Part shown: positions 33,801 to 47,200 of the stretch, piece by piece
Layout of the letters: each line of letters opens with the position of its first letter
Numbering within the stretch: the first letter of the stretch is position 1
NCBI GenBank assembly: GCA_951406725.2
Contig: CATOCA020000001.1
Span: 4,960,001 to 5,024,000 of the forward strand
Source of the DNA: Octopus vulgaris
Taxonomy: Eukaryota
Length of the DNA stretch: 64,000 nt
Direction of reading: 5' to 3'
Notes under the pieces: model-generated
What the model was told of the DNA's origin: nothing
What the model saw: the letters and a program-made list of their open reading frames with translations, nothing else
The model's database searches: none
Made by a program: the position numbers and the translations under genes

Positions 33801-35854
33801 TTCGTCTTCTTCTTCTTCTTCTTCTACTTCTTCTTCTTCTTCTCCTCTTTTTCTCCTTCTGCCTTATTCTTATCTTCTTCTTCTTGTTATTCTCTTCCTC
33901 CTCCTCCTCCTCCTCCTTCTTCTTCTTCTTCTTTTCACCTTCCGCCTCCTCCTCCTTTTTCCTCCTATTCCTTCTTGCTCTTCTTTTTCTTCTTCTTCTT
34001 CTTCTCCTTTCTTTCTTCTAATTCTTCTTCGCCTCCTCCTCTTCCTTCTTCTTATTCTTCCTTTTCTTCTTCGTTATCTTTCTTCTTTTTCTTCCTTTCA
34101 TTCTCAAGTCACAGTGTTTGATGTTGTATCACAAATATTTTCCATATAATCTACATTATTCTTTCTTTACTGCTATAGAAATCTGCAACGGAACAACATT
34201 GCAACCATCACAGAAGGTGTATTCACGGGGCTTTCAAATTTAAAAGACTTGTAAGTTCGTTCAGTTTCTTGATACTATTTTCCGAAAGTAATAATTGATG
34301 CTGATATATAAGCTCACAAATGTATAAAATTTCAGACTGAATCAAACAAAATCAATTCAAATTTGTAGAATGAACAAGATTTAGGAAGATACAAAGAGAA
34401 TATGAGAGAGCGAGACAATGTGAAAGAAAGAGAGAGAATTTGAGAGAGAAAGTGAAATAATAGGAAAAATATAATGTTCCTTTATTGTAGTTGCTTTGTT
34501 TCAATTCGCATCTCAATAACTCATTTTTTGTTCCCCAAATTTCAATGATTTTGATATGAATTTGTATTAGAAATGGTAACGTTTGTGAGTTTACATGTTT
34601 GCATCAAATATTTTTAGCTGAAGTATATGTGTATGTTCATATATAAGTGTAGTTCTGTGTGAAATGTGACTATATCATTCCTTTATTTTATATTTTACAT
34701 CCTCCTCCATTTCTTATTTCAATATTCTCCTTCGTGTTTCGATATTATCATTCAACTTCGAATTTTGTCATTCACTTCACGTTATTTATGTAATAGAGCA
34801 ACTGAAGTGGAAGCGGAAAATATATATTCGAATAATATAGTCACATACATTCTATCTGTAAACCTGAAATACTTACTGTACTTGTAAGCTGGAATATTTG
34901 GCCTGATACAATTAAACTGCTGATATATTTCTTGTAAGCGTGTGTTTTCTAATATTCTTGTGACAATGAAGCGATATGAAATAAATAATCTCTCTCACCA
35001 TATTTCCACAAGGGTGAGTGGGAATATGTGTGATGTGAGTGTGCATACCGCATTCCGTCGTTGATACTATGAATATAAGAATGCGTATGAGTGCATTTGA
35101 ATATGTTGATTTCTGATTCCGTATATTCCCTGATTTTTCAGCCATGTCTTTTCGCCCAAAATTTTTCATTCTATCCTTGAATTATTTCCTGATATTTCGA
35201 AAATATTTTCAGTTTCATCTTAAACACCATGATTTTCAATGTGTCTTCTTCTTTCTTCTTCTTCTTCTTCTTCTTCTTCTTCTTCTTCTTCTTCTTCTTC
35301 TTCTTCTCTTCTTCTTTTTGTTCTTTTTCTTATTCTACTTCCTCCTTCTCTGCCTTTTTCATCATCTTTTTGTCATTTCGTCTTCTGCCTCCTCCTCCTT
35401 CTTCTTCTTCTTCTTCTTCTTCTTCTTCTTCTTCTTTTCTTTCTTCCACTTCTACTTCATCTTCTTCTTCTTCTTCTTCTTTTCTTCTTCTTCTTTTCTT
35501 CTTCTTCTGCTCCTCCTCCTCCTGGTCCTCCTCCTCCTCCTGGCCTCCTCCTCCTCCTGGTCCTCCTCCTCCTCCTGGTCCTCCTCCTCATCCTGGTCCT
35601 CCTCCTCCTCCTGGTCCTCCTCCTCTCCTGGTTCTCCTCCTCCTGGTCCTCCTCCTCCTCCTGGTCCTCCTCCTCCTTCCTCTTCTAATATTTTTCTTAT
35701 TATTATTCTTCATTTTCTTCTTTAAATTCTCTTCCCCCTCCACTCCGCCCCTCCTCCTCCTATTTCTTCTTGTAATTCTCTTCCTCCCCCTCCTCTCCTG
35801 CTCCTTTTTCTTTTTTCTTCTTTTTCTTCTCCGTCTTCTTCTTCTTCTTCTTCG

Positions 35855-35889
<35 letters not shown>

Positions 35890-38800
35890 TTCTTCTTCTA
35901 CTTTCAACTTCTTCATCTACCCTTCCTCCTCCTTTCTTCTTATTCTTATTCTTATTCTTTTTCTTCTACACCTACTTTTTCCCTATCATCCTCTTCCTCC
36001 TCCTTTTTCCTCTTCCTTCTTCTACTTCTTTTTTTCATCTTCTTTTTTCTACCCAATCCTCTCCGCCCCTCCTCCTCCTCATTTTTCTTCTTCTAATTCT
36101 CCTCCTCCCTTCCATTCCTGCTCCTTTTCTTCTTCTTCTGCTTCTTCTTCTAATTCTTCTTCTTCTTCCTCCTCCTCCTTCTTTTTCTTTTCTTCTTCTC
36201 ATTCTTCTATTTCTTTTTTTTCTTCTTATATTCTTCTTCTTCTTTCTACTTCTTTATCTACTTCTCCTCCTACCCCTCTTTCTTCTTCTTATATTCTTCT
36301 TTTTGTTATTCTCATCCTCCTCCTCCTCCTCCTTCATCTTCTTCTTTTTCATCTTCTCCTACTTATTCTCCCCCTTCCTCCTCCTCCTCCTCCTTTTTCC
36401 TCCACTTCTTCTTCTTCTTCTTCTTCTTTACATCTTCTCCTCCTCCTCCTTCTCCTTCTTACTTATTCTTTTGTTATTCTCTTTCTCCTTCTCCTCCTCC
36501 TCCTCCTCCTTCTTCTTCTTCATCTTCTTCTTCTTTTTCCTGCTTCAAATTCTTCTACCGTCTTCTTCTTGTTCTTCCTTCCTTCTTCTTGCAATTCTTC
36601 TTCTTCCCCTCCCCCTCCTTCATCCTCCTTCTTTTTCGTCTTCTTCTTCTTCTTCTTCTTCTCCTTCTTCTTCTCCTTCTTCTTCTCCTTCTTCTTCTTC
36701 TCCTTTCTTCTTTCTACTTCTTCATCTACTTCTCCTCCTCCTCTTCCTCGTCTTTCTTATTCTTATCTTCTTCTTCTTGTTATTCTCTTCCTCCTCCTCC
36801 TCCCCCTCCTTCTTCTTCTTCTTTTTCTCCTACATCTTCTTCCCGTTTATCAGCCTCTCCTCTTTTTCCTCCTATTCCTTCTTGCTCTTCTTTTTTCTTC
36901 TACCTCTTCTCCTTTCTTCTTCTAAATCTTCTTCGCCTCTTCCTCTTCCTTCTTCTTCTTCTTTTCTTCTTCGTTATCTTTCTTCTTTTTCTTCCTTTCA
37001 TTCTCAAGTCACAGTGTTTGATGTTGTATCACAAATATTTTCCATATAATCTATTTTACTCTTTCTTTACTGCTATAGAGATCTGCAATGGAACAACATT
37101 TGCAACCATCAAAAGAAGGTACATTCACGGGGCTTTCAAATTTAAAAGAATTGTAAGTTCGTTCAGTTTCTTGATACTATTTTCCGAAAGTAATAATTGA
37201 TGCTGATATATAAGCTCACAAATGTATAAAATTTCAGACTGAACCAAACAAAATCAATTCGAATTTGTAGAATGAACAAGATTTAGGAAGATACAAAGAG
37301 AATATGAGAGAGCGAGACAATGTGAAAAAAAGAGAGAGAATTTGAGAGAGAAAGTGAAATAATAGGAAAAATATAATGTTCCTTTATTGTAGTTGCTTTG
37401 TTTCAATTCGCATCTCAATAACTCATTTTTGTTCCCCAAATTTCAATGATTTTGATATGAATTTGTATTAGAAATGGTAACGTTTGTGAGTTTACATGTT
37501 TGCATCAAATATTTTTAGCTGAAGTATATGTGTATGTTCATATATAAGTGTAGTTCTGTGTGAAATGTGACTATATCATTCCTTTATTTTATATTTTACA
37601 TCCTCCTCCATTTCTTATTTCAATATTCTCCTTCGTGTTTCGATATTATCATTCAACTTCGAATTTTGTCATTCACTTCACGTTATTTATGTAATAGAGC
37701 AACTGAAGTGGAAGCGGAAAATATATATTCGAATAATATAGTCACATACATTCTATCTGTAAACCTGAAATACTTACTGTACTTGTAAGCTGGAATATTT
37801 GGCCTGATACAATTAAACTGCTGATATATTTCTTGTAAGCGTGTGTTTTCTAATATTCTTGTGACAATGAAGCGATATGAAATAAATAATCTCTCTCACC
37901 ATATTTCCACAAGGGTGAGTGGGAATATGTGTGATGTGAGTGTGCATACCGCATTCCGTCGTTGATACTATGAATATAAGAATGCGTATGAGTGCATTTG
38001 AATATGTTGATTTCTGATTCCGTATATTCCCTGATTTTTCAGCCATGTCTTCTCGCCCAAAATTTATCGTTCTATCCTTGAATTATTTCCTGATATTCTG
38101 AGAACATTTTCAGTTTCGTCTTTAACAACATGATTTTCAATGTATCTTCTTCTTCTTCTTCTTCTTCTTCTTCTTCTTCTTCTTCTTCTTCTTCTTCTTC
38201 TTCTTCTTCTTCTTCTTCTTCTTCTTCTTCTTCCTCCTTCTCTTCTTCTTCTTCTTCTTCTTCTTCTTCTTCTCTTTGTTTTCACTTCTTCTTCTTTTCT
38301 TCTTCCTCTCCTCCTGCTCCTTCTCCTCCTTCGTTTTCTTCTCTTCTTTTTCTTCTTTTCCTTCTTCTTCTTCTCTTCTTTTCTTTTCTTCTACTTCTAC
38401 TCCTCCTCTCCTTCCTCTTCTAATTTCTTTCTTCTTCTTATTCTTCATTTTCTTCTTTAATTCTCCCCCCTCCACTCCGCCCCTCCTCCTCATTTTCTTC
38501 TTGTAATTCTCCTCTCCCCTCCTTCTGCTCGTTTTTCTTCTTCTTCTTCTTCTTCTTCTTCTTCTTCTTCGTCTTCTTCTTCTTCTTCTTCACTTCATTC
38601 CTCCTTTTTCCTCCTATTCCTTCTTGCTCTTCTTTTTCTTCTACCTCTTCTCCTTTCTTCTTCTTCTAATTCTTCTTCGCCTCCTCCTCTTCCTTCTTCT
38701 TCTTCCTTTTTCTTCTTCTTCTTTTCTTCCTTTCATTCTCAAGTCACAGTGTTTGATGTTGTATCACAAATATTTTCCATATAATCTATTTTACTCTTTC

Positions 38801-41800
38801 TTTACTGCTATAGAGATCTTGGATGGAACAACATTGCAACCATCAAAGAAGGAGCATTCACGGGGCTTTCAAATTTAAAGGGATTGTAAGTTCGTTCAGT
38901 TTCTTGATACTATTTTCCGAAAGTAATAATTGATGCTGATATATAAGCTCACAAATGTATAATATTTCAGACTGAACTAAACAAAATTAATTCAAATTTG
39001 TAGAATGAACACGATTTAGGAATATACAAAGAGAATATGAGAGAGCGAGACAATGTGAAAGAAAGAGAGAGAATTTGAGAGAGAAAGTGAAATAATGGGA
39101 AAAATATAATGTTCCTTTATTGTAGTTGCTTTGTTTCTATTCGCATCTCAATAACTCATTTTTGTTCCACAAATTTCAATGATTTTGATATGAATTTGTA
39201 TTAGAAATGGTAACCTTTGTGAGTTTACATGTTTGCATCAAATATTTTTAGCTGAAGTATATGTGTATGTTCATATATAAGTGTAGTTCTGTGTGAAACG
39301 TGAATATATTATTCTTTTATTTTATATTTTGCATCTTCCTCCATTTCTTATTTCAATATTCTCCTTCGTGTTTCGATATTATCACACAATTTCGAATTTT
39401 ATCATTCACTTCACGTTATTTATGTAATAGAGCAACTGAAGTGGAAGCGGAAAATATATATTCGAATAATATAGTCACATACATTCTATCTGTAAACCTG
39501 AAATACTTACTGTACTTGTAAGCTGGAATATTTGGCCTGATACAATTAAACTGCTGATATATTTCTTGTAAGCGTGTGTTTTCTAATATTCTTGTGACAA
39601 TGAAGCGATATGAAATAAATAATCTCTCTCACCATATTTCCCCAAGGGTGAGTGGGAATATGTGTGATGTGAGTGTGCATACCGCATTCCGTCGTTGATA
39701 CTATGAATATAAGAATGCGTATGAGTGCATTTGAATATGTTGATTTCTGATTCCGTATATTCCCTGATTTTTCAGCCATGTCTTCTCGCCCAAAATTTTC
39801 ATTCTATCCTTGAATTATTTCCTGATATTTGAAAATATTTTCAGTTTCATCTTAAACACCATGATTTTCAATGTGTCTTCTTCTTCTTCTTCTTCTTCTT
39901 CTTCTTCTTCTTCTTCTTCTTCTTCTTCTTCTTCTTCTTCTTCTTCTTCTCCTTCTTCTGTGTATTGTTCTTTTTCTTATTCTACTTCTCCTTCTCTGCT
40001 TTTTTCATCATCTTTTTGTCTTTTCGTCTTCCGCCTCCTCCTCCTCTTCTTCTTCTTCTTCTTCTTCTTCTTCTTCTTCTTCTTCTTCCACTTCTACTCC
40101 ATCTACTTCTTCTTCTTCTTCTTCTTCTACTTTTCTTCTTCTTCTATTTCACCTCCTTCTCCTCTCCTCCTGGTCCTCCTCCTCCTGGTCCTCTCCTCCT
40201 CCCTTCTGGTCCTCCTCCTCCTGGTCCTCCTCCTCCTCTTCCTCCTCTTCCTGGTCCTCCTCCTCCTCCTCCTGGTCCTCTTCCTCCTCCTGGTCCTCCT
40301 CCTTCCTCTTCTAATTTTTTTCTTATTATTATTCTTCATTATATTTTTTAAATTCTCTTCCCCATCCACTCCGCCCTTCCTCCTCCTATTTCTTCTTGTA
40401 ATTCTCTTCCTCCCCCTCCTCTCCTGCTCCTTTTTCTTTTTCTTCTTTTTCTTCTTCCGTCTTCTTCTTCTTATTCTTCTTCTTCGTCTTCTTCTTCTTC
40501 TTCTTCTCCTTCTTCTTCTTCTTCTTCTTCTTCTTCTTCTTCTTCTACTTTCAACTTCTTCATCTACCCTTCCTCCTCCTCCTTCTTCTTCTTCTTATTC
40601 TTATTCTTTTTCTTCTACACCTACTTTTTCCCTATCATCATCTTCCTCCTCCTTTTTCCTCTTCCTTCTTCTACTTCTTTTTTTCATCTTCTTTTTTTCT
40701 ACCCAATCCTCTCCGCCCCTCCTCCTCATTTTCTTCTTGTAATTCTCCTCCTCCCTTCCTTTCCTGCTCCTTTTCTTCTTCTTCTGCTTCTTCTTCTAAT
40801 TCTTCTTCTTCTTTTCCTCCTCCTCCTTTTCTTTTCTTCTTCTCATTCTTCTATTTCTTTTTTTTCTTCTTATATTCTTCTTCTTCTTTCTACTTCTTTA
40901 TCTACTTCTCCTCCTACCCCTCTTCTTCTTCTTATATTCTTCTTTTTGTTATTCTCATCCTCCTCCTCCTCATCTTCTTCTTTTTCATCTTCTCCTACTT
41001 ATTCTCCCCCTTCATACTCCTACACCTCCTCCTCTTTTTCCTCCACTTCCTTCTTCTTCTTCTTCTTCTACTTCTTCTCCTCCTCCTCCTTCTCCTTCTT
41101 AACTTCTGTTTTTGTTATTCTCTTTCTCCTTCTCCTCCTCCTCCTCCTCCTCCTTCTTCTTCTTCATCTTCTTCTTTTTTCCTGCTTCAAATTCTTCTAC
41201 GTCTTCTTCTTCTTGTTCTTCCCTTCCTTCTTCTAGCAATTCTTCTTCTTCCCCTCCCCCTCCCTATCCTCCTTCTTTTTCTTCTTCTTCTTCTCCTTCT
41301 TCTTCTCCTTCTTCTTCTTCTCCTTCTTCTTTCTACTTCTCCTCCTCCTCTTCCTCGTCTTTCTTATTCTTATCTTCTTCTTCTTGTTATTCTCTTCCTC
41401 CTCCTCCTCCACCCTCCTTCTCCTTCTTTTACTTTTTCTCCTACATCTTCTTCCCTTTTTTCAGCCTCCTCCTCCTTTTTCCTCCTATTCCTTTCTTGCT
41501 CTTCTTTTTCTTCTACCTCTTCTCCTTTCTTCTTCTTCTTCTTCTTCTTCTTCTCCTCCTCCTCTTCCTTCTCCTTCTTCTTCTTCTTCTTCTTCTTCTT
41601 CTTCTTTTCTTCCTTTCATTCTGAAGTCACAGCGTTTGATGTCGTAACACATATTTTCCATATAATCTAATTTACTCTTTCTTTACTGCTATAGAGCTCT
41701 GAACGAGAACAACATAGCAACCATCAAAGAAGGAGCATTCACGGGGCTTTCAAATTTAAAGGGATTGTAAGTTCGTTCAGTTTCTTGATACTATTTTCCG

Positions 41801-44800
41801 AAAGTAATAATTGATGCTGATATATAAGCTCACAAATGTATAAAATTTCAGACTGAACCAAACAAAATCAATTCGAATTTGTAGAATGAACAAGATTTAG
41901 GAAGATACAAAGAGAATATGAGAGAGCGAGACAATGTGAAAGAAAGAGAGAGAATTTGAGAGAGAAAGTGAAATAATAGGAAAAATATAATGTTCCTTTA
42001 TTGTAGTTGCTTTGTTTCAATTCGCATCTCAATAACTCATTTTTGTTCCCCAAATTTCAATGATTTTGATATGAATTTGTATTAGAAATGGTAACGTTTG
42101 TGAGTTTACATGTTTGCATCAAATATTTTTAGCTGAAGTATATGTGTATGTTCATATATAAGTGTAGTTCTGTGTGAAATGTGACTATATTATTCCTTTA
42201 TTTTATATTTTGCATCCTCCTCCATTTCTTATTTCAATATTCTCCTTCGTGTTTCGATATTATCATTCAACTTCGAATTTTGTCATTCACTTCACGTTAT
42301 TTATGTAATAGAGCAACTGAAGTGGAAGCGGAAAATATATATTCGAATAATATAGTCACATACATTCTATCTGTAAACCTGAAATACTTACTGTACTTGT
42401 AAGCTGGGATATTTGGCCTGATACAATTAAACTGCTGATATATTTCTTGTAAGCGTGTGTTTTCTAATATTCTTGTGACAATGAAGCGATATGAAATAAA
42501 TAATCTCTCTCACCATATTTCCACAAGGGTGAGTGGGAATATGTGTGATGTGAGTGTGCATACCGCATTCCGTCGTTGATACAATGAATATAAGAATGCG
42601 AATGAGTGCATTTGAATATGATTTATATTCCCTGATTTTTTTCCGTTTCTCGCCCAAGAATATTCCATATTCTGATTTTTCAGCTTTTCATGTTTCTCGC
42701 CCACCATGCTGCAATTTATCGATCTATCTCTTCTTCTTATTCTTCTCTCCTTCTTCCGCCATTCCTCCTGCTTCCTCCTTCTTCATTTCTTCTTCCTCTT
42801 CTTCCTTCTTCTTCTTCTTCTTCCTCCACCATTCTTCCTCCTCCTCCTCGTCCTTCTTCTTCCTTCCGCCATTCCTCCATGCTCCTCCTCCTCGTCATTC
42901 TCTTTTCTTCTTCCTCCTTCTTCTTCTTCTTCTTCTTCTTCTTCTTCTTCTTCTTCTTCTTCTTCTTCTTCTCCTTCTTCCGCCATTCATCCTGCTCCTC
43001 CTCCTCGTCCTTCTTTTTCTTCTACTTCCTCTTCTTCTTCTTCTTCTTCTTCTTCTTCCTCCACCATTCCTCCTGCTCCTCCTCCTCGTCCTTCTTCTTC
43101 TTCTTCTTCTTCTTCTTCTTCCGCCATTCCTCATGCTCCTCCTCCTCGTCCTTCTTTTTCCTCTTCTTCTTTATCTCTTCCTCTTCTTCTTCTTCTTCTT
43201 CTTCTTCTTCCTCCACCATTCCTCCTGCTCCTCCTCCTCGTCCTTCTTCTTCTTCTTCTTCTTCTTCTTCTTCTTCTTCTTCTTCTTCTTCTTCTTCTTC
43301 TTCTTCTTCTTTCTTCTTCTTCTTCTTCTTCTTCTTCTTCTTCTTCTTCTGCTTCTTCTTTTCTTCTATCTTTCTTGTTCCCTCCTCCCCCTACCCCTCC
43401 TTCTTTTCTACTTCTAATCTTTTCTCTTCTCCTTCTCCGTCTTATTCTTCATTTTCTTATTGTAATTCTCTTCCCCTCCTCCTCCTTTTTCTTCTTGTAA
43501 TTCTCGCCCTACCCCTCCCCATCTCCCTCCTTTTTTCTTCTTCTTCTTCTTCATCTACTTTTTCTCCCTCTTCTTCTGCTCCTCCTCTTCTTCTTCTACT
43601 TCTCCTTGTCTACCTCCTTCTTTTTATTTTTCTACTCTACTCCTTCTTCTTCTTCTTCTCTTCCACCTCCTCCTCCTCCTCCTCCTCTTTCTTTTTCTTC
43701 TTCTCCTACTTCTTCTGCTCCTTCAACCTCCTCCCTCCTCCTCCTATCTACCTCCTCTTCTTTCTTCTTCTTATTCATCTTTTTCCTTCTTCTTCTTTCT
43801 CTTCCTCTACCTATTCTTCTTCCTCTTCTTCTTGTACTTCTCATTTCTCTTCTCCTTCTTTTTCTTCCTCTTCTTCTTCTCCTTCTACTTCTCCTCCCCA
43901 TCTTCCTCCTTCTTTATCTTATTCTTCTCTTTCATCTTTATTTTTCTTCTTCTTCTTCTTCTTCTTCTTCTACTTTGTACTTCTTCATCTACTTCTCTCT
44001 CCCTCCTCTTTCTTCTTCTTATCTTCTTTTTGTTATTCTCCTTCTCCTCCTCCACATCCTCCTTCTTCAACTTCTTTTACTTCTACTTCCCCTTCATACA
44101 CCTCCTTTCCTCTTCTCCTTTTGTCTCCTCTTCCTCCTTTTGTCTCCTCTTCCTCCTTTTGTCTCCTCTTCCTCCTTCTCCTTCTTCTTTTCTTCTTTTT
44201 CTTCGACGTCTTTTTCTTCCTATTCTTCTTCTTCTACAACTCCTACTTCTTCTTCTCTTCTTTCTTTTTCTTCTTCTTCTTCTTCTTCTTCTTCTCCTTC
44301 TATTCCTCTTTATTCTTCTTGTAATTCTTACTCTCCCACTCCCCCTCATCCTCATCCTTTTTCTTCTGCTTTTTCTTTACTTAATCTACTTTCTACTCTT
44401 CATCTACTTCTCCTCCTCCTCCTCCTCCTTCTTCTTCTTCTTCTTTCTTTTTATTCTCTTCCTTCTTCTCCTTTTCCACCTCCTTCTTCATTTCTTTCTT
44501 CTTTTTCATGCTTCTTCTTCTTCTTGTTTCTCTTCTACTCCTCCTTCTTCTTCTTCTTTTTCTTCCTCTTCTTCTTCTTCTTCTTTTTCTTCATCTTCTT
44601 CTTCATTTTCTTCTTCTCCTTCTTCTTCTTCTTCTTCTTCTTCTTCGTCTCTTCTTCTTCTTCTTCTTCTTCTACTTCTTCTTCTTCTCCTTCTTTTTCT
44701 CCTCCTCTACTTCCTCTTCTTGTTTCCTTCTTGTTCTTCTTCTTCTATTTCTTCTTCATCTTCTTCTTCTCCTTCTTCTTTTCTTCTTCTTCTTCTTCTT

Positions 44801-47111
44801 TTCTTCTTCTCTTTCTTGTTCTTCTTCTTCTACTTCTTCTTCCTCGTCTCCTTCTTCTTCTTCTTCTTCTACTTCTTCTTCTTTTTCTCCTCCTCTACTT
44901 CCTCTCCTTGTTCTTCTTCTTCATCTTCTTCTTCTTTTCTTCTTCTTCTTCTTCTTCTTCTTCTTCTTCTTCTTCTTCTTCTTCTTCTTTTTCTTCTTCT
45001 TCTTTTTCTTCTTCTTCTTATTCTCCTCCTTATTCTCCTTCTTCTTCTTCTTCTTCTTCTTCTTCTTCTTCTTCTTCTTCTATGTTAGCACTGAGGACAT
45101 CCTCAATAAAATGAGTATTTTTGGTCACTCCAAGTTCGTCACATGTTGTGTAGTGGACACTAAGGACTTGATTCCCTCTACCCATCTATTGACATCGATT
45201 TTGCTGGAGTATAATGTAATGAGATTGTCTGTGAAATGTGAAGTGAGGTCAACACGCGTGATCCGTGTCTCGTTCTTAGACTATATATTCTACCCCGCCA
45301 GATCACAGATTCTTAGACCACCCACCATCACTTCAGCAGTAAATAAATGCACCACTGAGCGCTGGTGTGGCTTGACCCTACCCACCCAACTCCCTGAGAA
45401 CAACAATTAGGAGAAAGGAATGATTGCACAGGCAGTAGGAGCTAGCGTAAGAACCACCTTGAAGAACCACAGACTAAAGTATAACTAGTTTAGTTTAGTT
45501 TAATTTTTTGTCTCAAAAAGCAAAAGCAAGGCCATGTAGGGGGACAGGGCGTTATGTACAGGGAGGGTGGTCATACAAAGAGTTCAGGCTATTTCTGGTC
45601 AAGAGAGACTTTGAACCGAGCGGTCGTCGGCATCTTCACTATCTCGTCCGGCAGCTTATTCCACGGATCCGCAACCCGGACGGAGAAAGCCCCTCTCCTT
45701 CGATTGAGATGAAATCGTCGTAGATAGAGCTTTTCGGAGTGACCTTGCAGCCGACGCTCTGGAGCAGGAGTGAAGAACAGCTCTTTCGAGAGGATACACT
45801 TTCCGCTTATGATGTAGTGACCAAGAATGAGATCACCACGGCGTCGTCGTTTTTCGAGAGAACAAAGGTCGAGCGTCTTCGGCCTTCCTTCATAAGACAA
45901 ATGCTTGAAACTATACATGTAAGTTCAAGGTGCAGCCATTTGTGTCGGTGTATCTGGAGATATTGCCGGCCTCTTCATGACCTGGTGGATCAGAAAACCT
46001 AAGCAATTCTTGGCAAAACAGTCCACAACTCTTCTAATTTTCTGTAGGTATATAGATGGCATTAATATCACAGTTAAGACCAGCTCTAGTAACGGTAATG
46101 TGGAAACTGAGAGGAACATAATGGAGAGCATCCAGCAAGTAGCCAACTCCATCCACCCAAAGTATCAAGGTGACTACAGGTTATCCCACCCGGCACCCCA
46201 ACATTTGACTCCCCGTCCTTGTTACTGAACTTCACTTAGAGACTGTGAACAACAGAGTGCAGCTCTTCCACTCCTATTACATGATTTAATTAGTAATTCA
46301 GCTCTCAACCGAATTAATTGCATCGTTTTGGCAATGATGATCGAGATGTAAGCTACATTTCGAGCTAAAATAATTGGAAATTGATTCTTTAAAATATTTA
46401 TTTCAAAGTTTTCGAGGTAAAAAATGGCAGCGTAAGGCAAAAAAGTGACTTTGAATCAAAATATCTCAGTTATTTCCAAAGGAAATGTGTAGATTAATCA
46501 AATTTAAAAGAATGTCTTCATGGGGAAGACTCTTTTAGTAAAAATCCCGTTATAAAAATCAACCAAGAAAAAAGCAGTGTGGCTTTTAGCGACGTAGAAT
46601 TGGTAACAATTAAATCCACGTCGAAGTGTTCTAATGCTTCTGATATTTGTTTGCCAATGATTTCCAATAAAATTTGATGAGCTATCCTTGTTCTTCATTG
46701 CCTTCTGAAGTGTTCAAATTGTAAAGTCAATTTATAGGTACCCAGTATATATCTTCTACCAAAAGGTGACCATTGTTTTATGTACTTTGAATAGGATTCT
46801 GAAAGTTATGTACTAGCCTGATGATGGTCAATGTTATTGCAATAATTATTATTTTATTGTTTTGAAAACCTTTTTTATCATTACACTGCTACTGGAGTAT
46901 GTACTTTTACTATTCCTTGTTTCAGTTATCAGATTGCGGCCATGCTGGAGTACTACCTTCAAGCGTTTACTCGAACAAATCATCCTTAGTACTGAATTTT
47001 TAAAATCTGGCACTTAATCAGTCGGATACCTTTTGAGGAATCACTAAGTTACGGGGGACGTAAACAAACCAATATTGGTTATCAAGCTTACAAACACACC
47101 ATATATATAAT

Positions 47112-47200
<89 letters not shown>

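Larger units (their letters stand above)
25880..42625 (+). repeat. Tandem array of 7 units (~2.8 kb), each with ~1.15 kb of near-identical unique sequence containing one LRR exon plus a (TTC/TCC)n tract
   Basis: Exon-to-exon spacing 2792, 2654, 2767, 2900, 1735, 2881 nt; the same intronic ORF translations recur in the ORF track. Confidence 0.95.

Noticed and set aside
26926-45410. Numerous long S/F/L-rich ORFs and collagen-like PPG runs
   Set aside because: Stop-free by composition (C/T only); frames are not conserved between units; they lie in introns of the LRR gene
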